Shown: piece by piece, positions 11,983 to 35,095 of the stretch
How the letters are laid out: every line of letters begins with the position of its first letter
Numbering within the stretch: the first letter of the stretch is position 1
Assembly (NCBI RefSeq): GCF_032062105.1
Contig: NW_026923980.1
Span: forward strand, 62,001 to 126,000
Origin: Saccostrea cucullata
Taxonomy: Eukaryota
Reading direction: 5' to 3'
Length of the DNA stretch: 64,000 nucleotides
Notes under the pieces: model-generated
Seen by the model: the letters and a program-made list of their open reading frames with translations, nothing else
Database searches by the model: none
Told to the model about the DNA's origin: nothing
Made by a program: the position numbers and the translations under genes

Positions 11983-13159
11983 CACTTTCTATTACTAAAA
12001 AACTTCGGCACTATTACATGCGATTGAGACAATATGATCAATATTGTTTTTAGTTTAAAGGATTTACTCCTTGGGGTCAATTTTAAATCGATTTTTTTAA
12101 CGACACAGAATGAAAGAAAATTTTGTTGCATTTTTGCTTGAATATTTTTTTCTCAATTGAAAATCAGTCACATTGTTTTGTACATTGTTTTGTTGAGGAT
12201 CAGCAAATGTAAAACGTGAGAAAAATCAGTGATTTAATGCTTTTCTGTCATGTTAGACGTGATTTCTCTGTTAGAATTACATTTGTATCAGTTTCATCCA
12301 TTTTGTATCATTTAGAATATTTTAATTTAACCATGACATAAGTGAGATTTTTAATCAATGCCATGACAAGTACTCATTAGTATTTTTTGAAAGATGTTTG
12401 CTGTTAAATTGTATTTCAATCGATCTGGCATTTAGTAAATCAAGGTTTTTAGTGTTAAACTGTATATTATGCTTTTATAAATATGTCATGTTGTAAATTT
12501 TGTATTTACTGCCACCCGGTAAATTCAAAATTTACAATATGACAAATACACAACTTTGTCCTGCTATGAACCTTTCAACGTAAACGAGAAAACAACATAT
12601 AAGCTTACGTCCACACTCAAAAGTACAACGTTTAGAAACTCACATTTCATTCATGCTTTGAAATGAATTCGTAGAGAAAAAGTTTTGTTGTTATCAAGAT
12701 CGTTTTTTTTTTTATTTTGGAAAAATATTGAGAATTTCATTTCATTAATAAGTGTTATCAAAGCAATTAAGGCAATTAATCAATGACGAAATTTTTTTAC
12801 CTTTACAATAACATTTACATGAACAAATGTATATTTTATTATTTTATTTAAATTACTTGCCATACATAGTAAATTTTTCGAGTTTACAGAGGATGTTTTA
12901 TTTAATGTAATTACGTTTGCTGGTCATTCAAAATACTGTATGTAGTTCAAAATGGCATGTTCATTTTATTTCATTTTGTACTCCTGTTTGATTTATTCTG
13001 TCCAACTAAACAGATTCTGCGTATCTTTCATTTTCAATTATACATGTAGTTGCCTTGTTTTGTACAATCTTATAGTAACACATACATTTGTATTATCACA
13101 TATGTTTAATTGTAAAATCTATTGTTTTAAGATATTTTTAAAATCAGTATATTTGATAA

Positions 13160-13520
13160 ACATTTAAAAAAGACTAGAAGTATTCTCTCCTGGGAGCTTA
13201 TGTCATTCTTGATTTTATCATTGTATATCCACTTCTGCATTTAGACAACAAAGAAAATAAATTGCAGAACTTGACTGGTTTCTCTCATCAATTATTTATC
13301 TTGCAATCTTGTTATTATTTAATTTATATTTTGCAACATGATATCAAGTATGATTACATAACACTATTCTCAGGTTAAAAAGGTTTGGATTACAGGTTAA
13401 AACACAATCAATGCAGCAGCCGCAATCACACAGAACTATCATGCTCAGTTCCCTGCAGTGTGGGTGATTCAACTGGTCACAACTGATTGAATTTTATATC
13501 AATGTGATTATTTATATATT
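13160..13520 (-). pseudogene. Duplicated remnant of the ADH5 3'UTR and terminal codons
   Basis: Homologous to about 23450-23920, including aactggtcacaactga (ADH5 stop and last codons) and caatcacacagaa..ctatc(a/g)tgct. Confidence 0.55.
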
Positions 13521-13799
13521 AGTCAATACAGTCAGAATACATTGATAAATGTCACATATTTTTATTGCTGAAATTTTGCATTGCATTTCTGAAAATTTTA
13601 CTTGATTTTCATTACTAAGGATTGCAGTAGCAAACGTTTTTATTAACATTTTAATATAGACCATTGATTTGTTAAAATAAAAAAAGTATTTAAAAATTCC
13701 AGATCACATTATTCTTAGAACATTATAAGTGTAAATACTTTGAATTATATTTTTTGTTGTGGTACACATCCGTATACACAGATGAACGGCTTAAACAGG

Positions 13800-14990
13800 G
13801 GTATGAAGGATATGGAGATGAAACACAATGAGATTATGAACAGTATTCAATATCAAAGTCCATAAAACAATACAAAATAGGAGCATAAACAGGGACCTCC
13901 AAAACATCAGAGTTGGGATCAGCTGCTACGCAGGGGTGTATATCCCCTGCCGACCGGTCACACCCGCCGTGAGCCCCTTGTCTCATGTGTATCGAATCAA
14001 CTGAGATATATAAACTCATTATGCAGGTGATGAAGGTGTAGTTCTGCATAAGTAAGGGAAGTTGACGATAGTAAAGTTGAATTCATCACATTTTTCATAG
14101 ATCTTGGTTGTTAGATTACCATAAACGTATTTTTCAAGTAAAATATCCAAGTATGAAACAGATGTGTCAGACTGTGGCATCTTTTATCTTAAGCTCACCA
14201 GGATATGCCGTATCGACATAGGAATGGAAATTACCGTTGTTGATTGACAATACGCAGTCGATATATCTAAATGTCGAGATGAAGGCCACAGCAATTGTTT
14301 CCTTCTTTTCATGCAAGTTAAGTTTTTGAACGAATCCTGTTTCATATGAATAAAAAAAATAGGTCAGCTAATAATGGAGCGGAATTGGTACCCATGGAAA
14401 TTCAAATATGCTGTTGGAAGACCTGGTCTCAAAAAAAAACACACAGATATTTTCAATCAGAAACTCAAGCATCATTTTGATGTCAACTTCAGAGTACTTA
14501 TTAATTTTGCAAATAACCAATGAACAGGTAAGTAAATTTATGAGTTCCATTTTTATTGAAAAAGCAGTTGTCAATGATTTAAAAAAAAACATGGACTTTA
14601 ATTTATCTCTGGGGAATACTTGCATAAAAAGTTGAAAAGTTTTTAAGCTGTTGCTCTTATGATGTTTTTACAAAGAAAATTATTGGCATGTGTAAATATC
14701 TCGAAAAAAAATTGCGACATATTTTTAACCTTACTCAGCAAAAACTTATGAAACAAATGTGCAATTTATTTAATTTCATTATACCGATTTGTCTTTTGTA
14801 CAATTTCTTATTTGTATGATATAATTTCTTATTTGTATGCGATATTTCTTTTTATTTGTACTGTTTCCAATGGATTGTTTTTTATATTTCGGTATGAAAT
14901 GAGTTTTGATTAGTATGATCATGTTGAAATCAAGCCATGTTTCGTTATTGTACCAGGGATCATACTGAAAGCCGCTCAACTGTCAAAGTA
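13800..14990 (-). mobile_element. Degenerate Penelope-like element reverse transcriptase
   Basis: Frameshifted pieces KYSEVDIKMMLEFLIENI, QVFQQ..MGTNSAPLLADLF, FRYIDCVLSINN (YIDD motif), SYLDILL, FNFTIVNFPYLC. Confidence 0.8.
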
Positions 14991-15752
14991 CATTTGCTGC
15001 GTCATGAATACATTTAACTTTAATTCATTTCAAAAACGTGGGCAATAAACAAAAACGGGTTTTTAAAAACCACCCGGAGATGAGTATATTCATTCCACGA
15101 ATTGAAATTATGAAATAAGTTCCTCATTGATTTACAAATAAGTGTATTCTTTACAATGATATTACATATACTTAGCCCGACAAAAGGTAAGAAGCACAGT
15201 CTTTTTAATCCATAAAAGAAAGTAATTCATTTCGTTTGTTTCTCTCTTGCTTAAGATCTAATTAGTTTAACAAAAATCTTGATTAATGAAACGTTGCCTG
15301 TTCCAAAAGTCTTTGATAGAGCAGTAGATAGACTTTTAACTAAAAATAAAAATAGGAAAGATAAACAATAAGCTAGTACAAAAATTATCGAAAGTAGCCA
15401 TACTTTTCATTTGCAAGATGTTTAAAAGATCTTATCGCAGAATATACAAATAAATGCTAGTATTATGACAAAAATATAAAATTAAGATTCATTTTTCTAA
15501 TGATTCATAAAATATCATTTTATTATTATTTTATCATTAATATTCATTTTTGGAAAGCTCTTTGTTGTAAAGTAGAGTTTATTTGCAAATAACTGAATGA
15601 TTAATAATATAATATAACTATATGTAAATTACTTAATTTTTTGTAGGATTTTGAAAGTAATGAAATTAAGTAAAACACCCGTAAATCTTAAAAAGAAAAA
15701 TACAGAGAACAAATTCAATATATCTAGAAACTGATTGACTTACGTTTCAAAG

Positions 15753-18700
15753 ATGAACTCTCGTAAAAGAACAAAAGGACAAAAAGAGCCTTCCCATAAA
15801 AAAAAACCGCGCTATGAACATGATTTAAGGGAAATAAATTCCAAAAAAGACGAGAACAGCTCGGGGCAAAATCATGTACCTGAACTTGAAGAGATTCTGG
15901 GAGGGCATACCAGCATACAGTTGGAAGATACACGAATTTCAAAAATAAACAGAAGCACCCTATCAAATAGCCCAATCTGGTCAAGCAGAGGCAATACGGG
16001 CGTTTCCGATGGATTAAATGGTTCCTACACACCATATCATCCAAAAACCTTTAAAAGTAGTACTCACAATACACTAGGCGATCTCAGGGACAAATTAAAG
16101 TCTAAAAGAAACAATGCAAACACTTCAGGGGACGTAGGCGTGGTAAAAAATAATTCAGAAGAACAACGATTAAATAGTTCTAGTAGATCAGATGGAACTA
16201 GACAAAAGAATGGTTATGATGATTTTTCTTGTAAAGTAACTGATGACAATTTCAGAAGCAAATTGGATGATCACCTTGTAGACAGATCGGTTATTTCTTC
16301 AGGCGGAATAAATTATGCGTATACCAGACAAGAGTGCAATCAGAGAAAAGGTGCAGAAAGTTCGATTGCTTATAATAACAATAATAAACATATGTCGAAT
16401 CTACCAAAAGAGAAAATGGTTGTCTCAGAAAACAAGGCAGGTACACTCAGTGCCAAGTCAAGAACAGATGATAAGAAAGATTTACAGGTATCAAGCAATT
16501 CCAGAAAAATATCAGAAACCAGTCGTAGACCTAGTCTTGATGATCAGTTTCACCACAGAAAGGTGTTAATCCATAGCAGAGATAGTCCAAGTGACATTCT
16601 TAATGCCTTAATAGACTTTAAAATATTGCCCACAAGTAAAATGATCAGAAATGAAGAGGCTCCACCACTACCGAAAAGACAGTTACGCGTCGCATATAAG
16701 TCCCAAGAAGACTACCTTGCTGAACAATTCTATCTGTTTGTTGAGGACTTTCTTGGTCCACTGAGGCAAGGAATAAAGGAATTCATGGCAAATACATCAA
16801 ATTCTTTAGAAAATGGAAACGAAAAATTTAGACCCAAAAGTATAAGAATTTATGAAGGAGTACATATTCTAGAACGAAAGTGTGTCCTTGATTCTGGAAT
16901 AGTTGTTGAAATTAAGTTTGATACAAAAAAACACAAGTTGGTTAAATGGGATTTCTGTAGCTTTTTGAAATATGGAAATATCGTTTGCTTAACATACGAC
17001 AATTGTGACACACTTCTTTATGCATTAATCGCAGAGCGAAAAACTAAGAACTTGAAAGAGGGGAAAATTTCCCTGAATATAATTGGTAAAAAATTTTCCG
17101 CTTTTGAAGAAATGAAGGCAGCTGCAAACGGAAGGATTGTTATGCTGGAAAGCACATCCTTCTATACTGCCTACCGACATACAATTACGTCAATGAAATC
17201 AATGGCCGAAAGAATGCTCCGCCGTGAAAGAGAAGTTATTCCGTTCTCAAAATATATTGTCGATCTCAAAACCCGTATCGCTGAACCTCGTTACAGCATA
17301 TTAAGTAATGGTGATTTCGATTGTTTAGTGCGAGATAAGGCAATGAAACATAATTATAGCAGAGTACCACTCCTCAAAACAAAACATTGGCCAAAAGCAG
17401 AAGAATTAGGCATGGACGGAGACCAACACAGGGCGCTTAGACTCTGTCTCACCAAAGAGCTTGGAATTTTACAAGGACCCCCAGGAACAGGCAAAACATG
17501 GATGGGACTAAAGATCGTAGAGTTTATGATAAATAACAGACTTGGATGCAGTGAACGAGGAAGGAACCCCATATTGTTGCTTAGTTATACTAATCACGCG
17601 CTCGATCAATTTTTCAATGCTTTATTTGATATTGAAAGTCTTCAAAAACTATTACATCGATCAGAACCACCATTTGTTCGCATTGGTTCGCAGAGTAATA
17701 TCGAAAGAATTAAAGCGGTCAGTCTAACAGAGATCAGGAAAAAACAAAGGCATAGCAATTCAAAAGCACACCGAAAAAACATTTTCGATTTAAAACAGAA
17801 GTTGCATGAGAACGAACTGTGGAAAGAGAAGACCAAGAGCAGTGTCATTTCTCCAGATCATTTGTATTCCAAGGGATGCATTTCAAAAGAACATATAGAT
17901 TCGCTCAAGCAGCAAGGCGCCGATTACAAAAAAATTATTTTCGAATGGCTTGAATTAAAAAATCCAACCTTTAGTGATTCAGTCTTAACAACGAACTTCA
18001 CGGTTAATCAAAATAATCAAATAACACTTGATGCAGACGATGAAGAAGACTTCAAATCACAATTGGTTGAAAGAATTGTGGATTATGCTGATGATCTGCA
18101 CTTTGACGAAAAGAAATTTCTTCGGGGAGTGTTATCAAATCTAGTTGTGTCTGAGGAGCTTCTGGTTCCTAAAAAGGAATCATTCTTGCATCCTTTTTGG
18201 AAAGCACTCAGCTTAAAGAACAGAGAGAAAATACTAAAATATGTCTCCATGAGATTCCGTCTTTATGGCGAAATGATGGAGAAGGAAGTAAATAAAGTTA
18301 AAAATGTTTGGGAACTTTCTATCGATGATAGGTGGAGGCTCTACAAGTTCTGGAGAGGGAAATTTCAAGAACTGCTTCGTCAAGAAGAAATCACACTAAT
18401 GCAAGAATTTGAAGAGAAAAACAAAATATACCTAAAAGAGAAAAAAATTGATGATATTAAAATCGTCTCTAACTGTTTTCTTGTCGGCATGACAACAACA
18501 GGAGCTGGGATGAATATCCTACAAGAAGTGCTTCCCAGAATTGTCATTGTGGAAGAAGCGGCTCAGGTCATGGAACAACATATTTTAGGTTGTCTGACGA
18601 AAAACGTAGAACATCTTATACTCATAGGTGATCACCAACAACTCAGACCAGCCGTTCACAATTATGAATTGTCAAAAACTCACAAAACTGACGTTTCCTT

Positions 18701-19700
18701 GATGGAGAGACTAGTGTTAAATAGAATGCCATACGAATGTCTTTCACAGCAACATAGAATGCGTCCAGAAATATCTGCAATGCTTACTCCCACTATATAC
18801 AAAACACTGCGAAATCATCCAAGTGTATTAGACTATGAACGTATTCGAGGGATAAAGAACGATATTTTCTTTTTTTGCCATACAAATCGAGAGAGCCAGT
18901 CAGAGAACTCAACAAGTCATAAAAATGCATTTGAGGCAGAGATGATTGCAAGATTGTGTCTATACTTGTTCTTACAAGGATATAGCAAGAAGGGCATAAC
19001 CATTTTATCTACTTATAAAGATCAGGTCAAAGTGATCAGGCACTGTATAAAGTCAGCAGAAGACAAAATATCCCATAAAATATATGACAACAAAGGGAAA
19101 ATTTCAGTTACCACAGTCGATAACTTTCAAGGTGAGGAGAATGAAATCATTTTACTTTCACTGGTAAGAAGTAATGAAGAAATGAAAATCGGTCATTTGA
19201 AAGACACAAAACGAATATGCGTTGCACTTTCCAGGGCTAAAAATTGTTTGTTCGTCTTTGGAAACTTTCAAAGCATTCAGAAAAATGAGACCTGGAAAAA
19301 AATAGTTTTTAAAGCGAAAGATGATGGAAATTATGGAAACAGCATCTTGCTAAAGTGTGTCAATCATCCAAATAAAACGACAGAGGTATCTAAACCAGAG
19401 GATTTTGACATGATCCCATTTGGAGGATGTGGCAAACCATGTGGTTACCGGCGAGAGTGTGGTCATATATGCGACTTGACATGCCATGCTATTGCTGCCT
19501 ACCATGAAAGACCTTGTGAAGTGTTGGTGAGAAAAGTACACCCAAGATGTAAACACGAACTACGACTTAGATGTTCCACAAGGTTACGGACACCTCTCGG
19601 ATATATAAGTTGTCGCGTGTGTGAAAAAGATTCTGGCCTTCCGTCCTCGTCTGAGGCCCAACCTGATCAGGATCGGGATCCGATGTCGTCACCATGGTGA
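15753..19700 (+). CDS. ZNFX1: ZNFX1 paralog 2, single coding exon, helicase with truncated zinc-finger tail (1315 aa)
   Basis: Same helicase motifs as paralog 1 with high visible identity; only a few NF-X1-type Cys/His clusters, no RING-like or RZ region before the stop. Confidence 0.9.
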   Translation: MNSRKRTKGQKEPSHKKKPRYEHDLREINSKKDENSSGQNHVPELEEILGGHTSIQLEDTRISKINRSTLSNSPIWSSRGNTGVSDGLNGSYTPYHPKTFKSSTHNTLGDLRDKLKSKRNNANTSGDVGVVKNNSEEQRLNSSSRSDGTRQKNGYDDFSCKVTDDNFRSKLDDHLVDRSVISSGGINYAYTRQECNQRKGAESSIAYNNNNKHMSNLPKEKMVVSENKAGTLSAKSRTDDKKDLQVSSNSRKISETSRRPSLDDQFHHRKVLIHSRDSPSDILNALIDFKILPTSKMIRNEEAPPLPKRQLRVAYKSQEDYLAEQFYLFVEDFLGPLRQGIKEFMANTSNSLENGNEKFRPKSIRIYEGVHILERKCVLDSGIVVEIKFDTKKHKLVKWDFCSFLKYGNIVCLTYDNCDTLLYALIAERKTKNLKEGKISLNIIGKKFSAFEEMKAAANGRIVMLESTSFYTAYRHTITSMKSMAERMLRREREVIPFSKYIVDLKTRIAEPRYSILSNGDFDCLVRDKAMKHNYSRVPLLKTKHWPKAEELGMDGDQHRALRLCLTKELGILQGPPGTGKTWMGLKIVEFMINNRLGCSERGRNPILLLSYTNHALDQFFNALFDIESLQKLLHRSEPPFVRIGSQSNIERIKAVSLTEIRKKQRHSNSKAHRKNIFDLKQKLHENELWKEKTKSSVISPDHLYSKGCISKEHIDSLKQQGADYKKIIFEWLELKNPTFSDSVLTTNFTVNQNNQITLDADDEEDFKSQLVERIVDYADDLHFDEKKFLRGVLSNLVVSEELLVPKKESFLHPFWKALSLKNREKILKYVSMRFRLYGEMMEKEVNKVKNVWELSIDDRWRLYKFWRGKFQELLRQEEITLMQEFEEKNKIYLKEKKIDDIKIVSNCFLVGMTTTGAGMNILQEVLPRIVIVEEAAQVMEQHILGCLTKNVEHLILIGDHQQLRPAVHNYELSKTHKTDVSLMERLVLNRMPYECLSQQHRMRPEISAMLTPTIYKTLRNHPSVLDYERIRGIKNDIFFFCHTNRESQSENSTSHKNAFEAEMIARLCLYLFLQGYSKKGITILSTYKDQVKVIRHCIKSAEDKISHKIYDNKGKISVTTVDNFQGEENEIILLSLVRSNEEMKIGHLKDTKRICVALSRAKNCLFVFGNFQSIQKNETWKKIVFKAKDDGNYGNSILLKCVNHPNKTTEVSKPEDFDMIPFGGCGKPCGYRRECGHICDLTCHAIAAYHERPCEVLVRKVHPRCKHELRLRCSTRLRTPLGYISCRVCEKDSGLPSSSEAQPDQDRDPMSSPW

Positions 19701-20279
19701 CATGATCTAGAAACTATATAAGTAAGTAAAGTATTACTTTTTTTTCACCCTTCAAAATAGGGACTTCCAATTATGTGCTAAATGAATCATTTTAGGAAGA
19801 AACATGACACATATGTCGCTTATGACAACCATGCTTCAATTACTGGTAAATGCTAAAGGAAGGGTATTAATAAAGATTATTATTATCACTGGATGACGTA
19901 AGGAATAGGAAAAATAAGAAAATGTATTATCTTCTTGAAATCGGAAAGATGCATGGATATACCTCATAGAAAGACCGATAAACAAATCACAAGGTCATTT
20001 AAAACAAGAAGAGGTCTGCAATAGATAAAAACAGGAGAAAACCTGTACAAAAATATCCTATTTTTATCGTCGAATATTTAGAATATGTACACAGGACCAC
20101 AGAAATGGTTTAATAGTGGGGGAGGCAACTTCCATCAAAAAATACTAATCTTAGCAAAAAAAGTGCCCTCCGCGTTCTTCGAACCTGAACACGATGATGG
20201 ATGATGTAATATGAGCCTTATATTTCGGGGGATTTTCAAGATGCAGAGAACAAAATAAGGCCAACATTTAAACACTGAT

Positions 20280-20428
20280 CATGACAAGGCGCACACGGTT
20301 GGTGTGACCGGTCGGCAGCGGTTGATTGCTTCTCCGTGTCACTTGATCCTACCTAAGATTAATTTAAATGTCAGCTCCAAAGAGTTTGTATAGTTTGAGC
20401 TTGAATACTGTTCGTTATCTCCACATTT
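20280..20428 (+). mobile_element. Penelope-like element 3' terminus fragment
   Basis: ggtgtgaccggtcggcag..ctgttcgttatctcca is the reverse complement of the termini at 4255 and 13800. Confidence 0.55.
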
Positions 20429-20502
20429 CGTGCACCAGTTCAAATAGGAAATTCAGAATCTCTAAAAATAGCAGCACAAAATGTATCTTGGTCAAATCAG
20501 AG

Positions 20503-21237
20503 ATTTGGGGGTATATAGTTCTTGCCCTGTCTGTCTGTTTGTTTGTCCGCAAAAACTCTTACCCTACCCACATCTTTTGATTGGTTATAGCTATAACTTT
20601 CAAACTTCACGTGTTAATTTTTTGTGACAAGACCATTTTGGGTACCAACATATTTTACCTCTTGGCCTTGGAATCTGAAACACTTTTGCAAAAAATTACC
20701 CGACTTTAACCTTGGCCAAAACTTTTGAGCAGTTAGTTCTATGGCTTGTTTTTTGCACGTGTAATCATCATGGCAAGTCCTTTGCAGGAGTTAACTATAT
20801 TTGACCTTGACCTTAGGGTTTGATTTATAAAAAAAAATCTAACCTTTGCCATGTCTTTTATTACTAAATTTTCAATTTCCACACGAAAATAAACTTTTAA
20901 CCTTCGCCAAATATTTGAACAGTTGGTGCTAAGGCTTTTATATGTTGCATGTGTATTTCTTATGACAAGGTATTCCCTTGCGTACCATTAATTTCGACCC
21001 ATTGACGTTGGAGTTTGGCCCACTTTTTTAGAAAATATTAAAATGACCATATCTTTTGAATATTTGATGCTTGGGCTTTCATATTTACCAGATATATCCA
21101 TTGACACAAGTCCTCTCTTTGAGTAAAAACAATTTTGATCTCCTGACCTCGAAATTTTACTTTTATTTGAGAAACTTCAACCTTCCCCATAAGCTGCCAT
21201 ATTGGTCATCAGTGTTTCACAAACGCATCTTGTTTCA
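20503..21237 (+). mobile_element. Helentron-associated (HINE-like) element with internal tandem repeats
   Basis: gggtatatag..(ctgt)n head, repeated taaccttg units, end gtgtttcacaaacgcatcttgttt. Confidence 0.55.
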
Positions 21238-22009
21238 ATCTTATAAATTAACCCAATTTTTTAAACGTTTATTTCATAAATATTGATTATACTATTTGTA
21301 GGGAAAGTAGTCCAGAAGAAATGACACTAAATGGAGTATGAATGTTGTCGTGTTTGATAACATAAGGTATGACATATTTACTGGAGCATACACAACTTCC
21401 CAGTGGTGGATTTGATCAAACTTCCAATGGAGGATATGATCAAATACGGTGAAGAAATATCCAGCAAGACTAGAAGAGGCAAAGTGGTCACTACGTCATG
21501 ACTTTTGTTGTAGTTTTTGTCTCTTTTCAATCTGATACTTTTTTTTTTATTATAAACTTGTTGGAGATGTTAATGAGCAGGCTTATATCCTATTATTTTG
21601 CAAATTATCATATTCGCTCACTCCAAAAGCAATTAAATTCGTGGGAGTAAATTTTGTTGTTTTAAAGAAAAGCATTATATTTTTAAAATTATTTTTAGGG
21701 AAAATGTTTTATCAAATATATTTGACATGTTTAACCTCAACAAATTATTCTGCTTTTCCAATAAAATTAAAGTATATTATTTAAATTACTTGCCATACAT
21801 ATTAAATGTTTCAATTTCACAGTTTTATTTCATTGTTATCAATCGCTAGAAATGCAATTTCTAAATGCAAGTAATTAAAACTTTATATCCTTTCACTTTT
21901 TTGTACTCTTTTTTTGATTGTATCTATCTGTATAGTTTTATCATAGAAAATCTTTGATTTTCACACCAATATTGAGTTACGCTTTATAATTTAAAAGCAT
22001 ACATAATCA

Positions 22010-22312
22010 TTATACCCCCTGCTTGAAAAGTGGGAGGGTATACTGTAATTGCTATGTCCGTCCGTCTGTCTGTTACGCTTTGGGGTACCTATCTCTTACC
22101 CGCAACTCCTCTTATAGCACTGCGTGAAATTTAATGAAACTTTCAAAGAATCTTTATTACATATTGCCATTGTGCACCTCCTATTTTACTCTTTGATCCG
22201 ACACATATTTTGGGTTTCCCGGCCACAGCAAAACATAGACCTTTCCATTATAATCATATGGGAGGGGGGATGTATCATTTAGTAAGCTCATTGCTCACAG
22301 TACCTCTCGTAT
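22010..22312 (+). mobile_element. HINE/DINE-1-like element
   Basis: ttataccccc..gggtatac head, (gtcc/gtct)n microsatellite, 3' subterminal gggg..tat plus hairpin. Confidence 0.55.
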
Positions 22313-22539
22313 TTGTTTTGTATTATAAAATTAATTGATTCAAGATATGTTCCAACCAGTATATTTACACTTCCATGTATTTTTTCTTAAGATTCTTTGC
22401 AAATCAGAAGACTGTTTACTTTCTCATGAACTAGCAAATCAGAAGACTGTTTACTTTCTAATGAACTACCATAGATGAGCATGAATATCTCCGTTGTTAC
22501 ACCATCAGAAAATTTTGTAAATATAAGAAATGTATTTAA

Positions 22540-23291
22540 GGGGGCCAACTATAGTTTCCATTGCGCAATATTTCGCGCATCATAGTAAAACGAAGAGTAT
22601 TTACTGTTTTAATGCAACTTTTTTCGCTTAATTATTAAAATTAAACAAAATTAAGAAATAATAGGTATAAAAATGTAATTAGAATTTGATATAACTGATT
22701 TTTTAACCGATTTTGCAATTGATAGGCAGGTTGACGTCGTTGCAGTGTGTTTTTGACGTTATGATAATCTGTAGCTCTTAAAGAAAGGGGTAATAAAAAT
22801 ATTATTAAAGAAAAAGTAATACACATACGCTCTTGAAATTCAAAACATAGAATTTTGAGAATATCTCCGATATTTTTACTATGTTTTCATGTGAATCCAT
22901 TTTGCACGTCATATTTTGTAATACTTTATAAAAATAGTAAAATTTGCTAATTTTTTGCATTTTGAGATGTCCCCTCTGGTAACAAGACGGTAGAATTTTG
23001 TGTTTCTTACATATATTGTATAATAAAGTATATCTCATAAAACATTATAGTTTAAACAAAATGTCTATTGTAGTATTTGTATAATTTGCTTTAAAGTGCT
23101 AAAAATGGGCATTTTCCTATATAATCCTATAGTAAATATACTGTATTTTGAGACGGTCCCTCAAAAATACCTGAACGGAGATTTACTAAAAACTTAGCAT
23201 GTACACTGATGTCAATGTCAGTTATATATGGTATAAAAATGAAGAGTTTCGTTATTGTAGTTTTCACACAATAAAACTATAGTCGGCCCCC
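22540..23291. mobile_element. Non-autonomous TTAA-specific DNA transposon (Kolobok-like), 752 bp
   Basis: TTAA on both sides; TIR gggggccaactatagttt / aaactatagtcggccccc; near-identical copy at 56123-56875; inserted in the TIR of a smaller MITE (22525-23427). Confidence 0.85.
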
Positions 23292-23833
23292 TTAATTTTT
23301 GAAAACTCATGAGGTAAATGAACAAAAACGCTTCAAGTCGGCACATTGATCATAAAGCGCAAACGTGCTTCATGAACCGTCATAGTTCATGTCCTTATGA
23401 ATCTTCAAAAATCAAATTCATTTCTTAAATGTATGATAAACTTGTAAAAAAGATAATAAAAAAGTCTTTCCTGTCCATAAGCTAATGTCAACACTTGATT
23501 CTTGTTTCAATCATTGTATATTAACTTTTGCCTGTAGAAAACAAATCAGAATACATTGCAGCACTTTATTAATTTTTATCAGTTATAAATCTTTTATAAC
23601 TTGTGTCATTATCATCATTTTATTTATCATAAGCATCATTGTATAACGTCTGAATACATCACAATATTTTTGGATTAAGCATTTTTGCATCACAGATTAA
23701 CAGAATGTCAAGTATACAATCAACAACCACAATCACACAGAATCAGTAAGAGCTACACAGAATCAGTCAGAGCTACACAGAATCAGTCAGAGCTATCGTG
23801 CTTGGTTCCTTGGAGAGTGAACGTTTAAACTGG

Positions 23834-34510
<10,677 letters not shown>

Positions 34511-34689
34511 CTTTTAGATAGTGTCGTGTGCAAAATTGAACCCGAGCAAAATTGTGTCATCTGTCGATCAGATATAATTTAAATTGATGATTAATTTCCC
34601 CCCTCTCTCTTTGTCAGACTTGATACACGGTACCTGATTTGACCAATATCTAAGAGAAGTAAATGGAACATTACAAGACACGTTGAATT

Positions 34690-35095
34690 GCTAAATAACA
34701 TTAATTATTATATGTTATTTTCTTATCTTTCCAAGTTAAGAATAAGTGCACATAAGTTGTACGTAGAAACAGGTAGATACCGTAATCCTGTCATTCCTAG
34801 AGAAAATAGATTTTGTTTCCAATGTGAAACTATTGTTGAAGATGAAAAACACTTTTTACTTGATTGTCCTGTGTATAAAAATGTCAGAAAAAAGTATTCA
34901 AGGGTACTAGATGTTAATAACTTATCTTGTTTGCTTAATCCACATAAAACAAATCTGTCTATATATCAGAGACTGTTTTGATATTAGAAACAAGCTTACA
35001 ATAGTATAATATTTTGCAATACATGTATATGGCTAACAACACATTTCTGTATATAAATATGTGCTTTAGTGCCAATAAAGAATTTAATTGAATAT
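34690..35095 (+). mobile_element. CR1/L2-group LINE 3' end
   Basis: KLRISAHKLYVETGRY..RENRFC..C..VEDEKHFLLDCPVY C-terminal zinc motif, then 3'UTR with aataaa and short attgaa-type tail. Confidence 0.75.

Noticed and set aside
23736-23795. 20-bp triplication in the ADH5 3'UTR (and a 26-bp duplication at about 22400-22460)
   Set aside because: Ordinary slippage repeats with no further structure.
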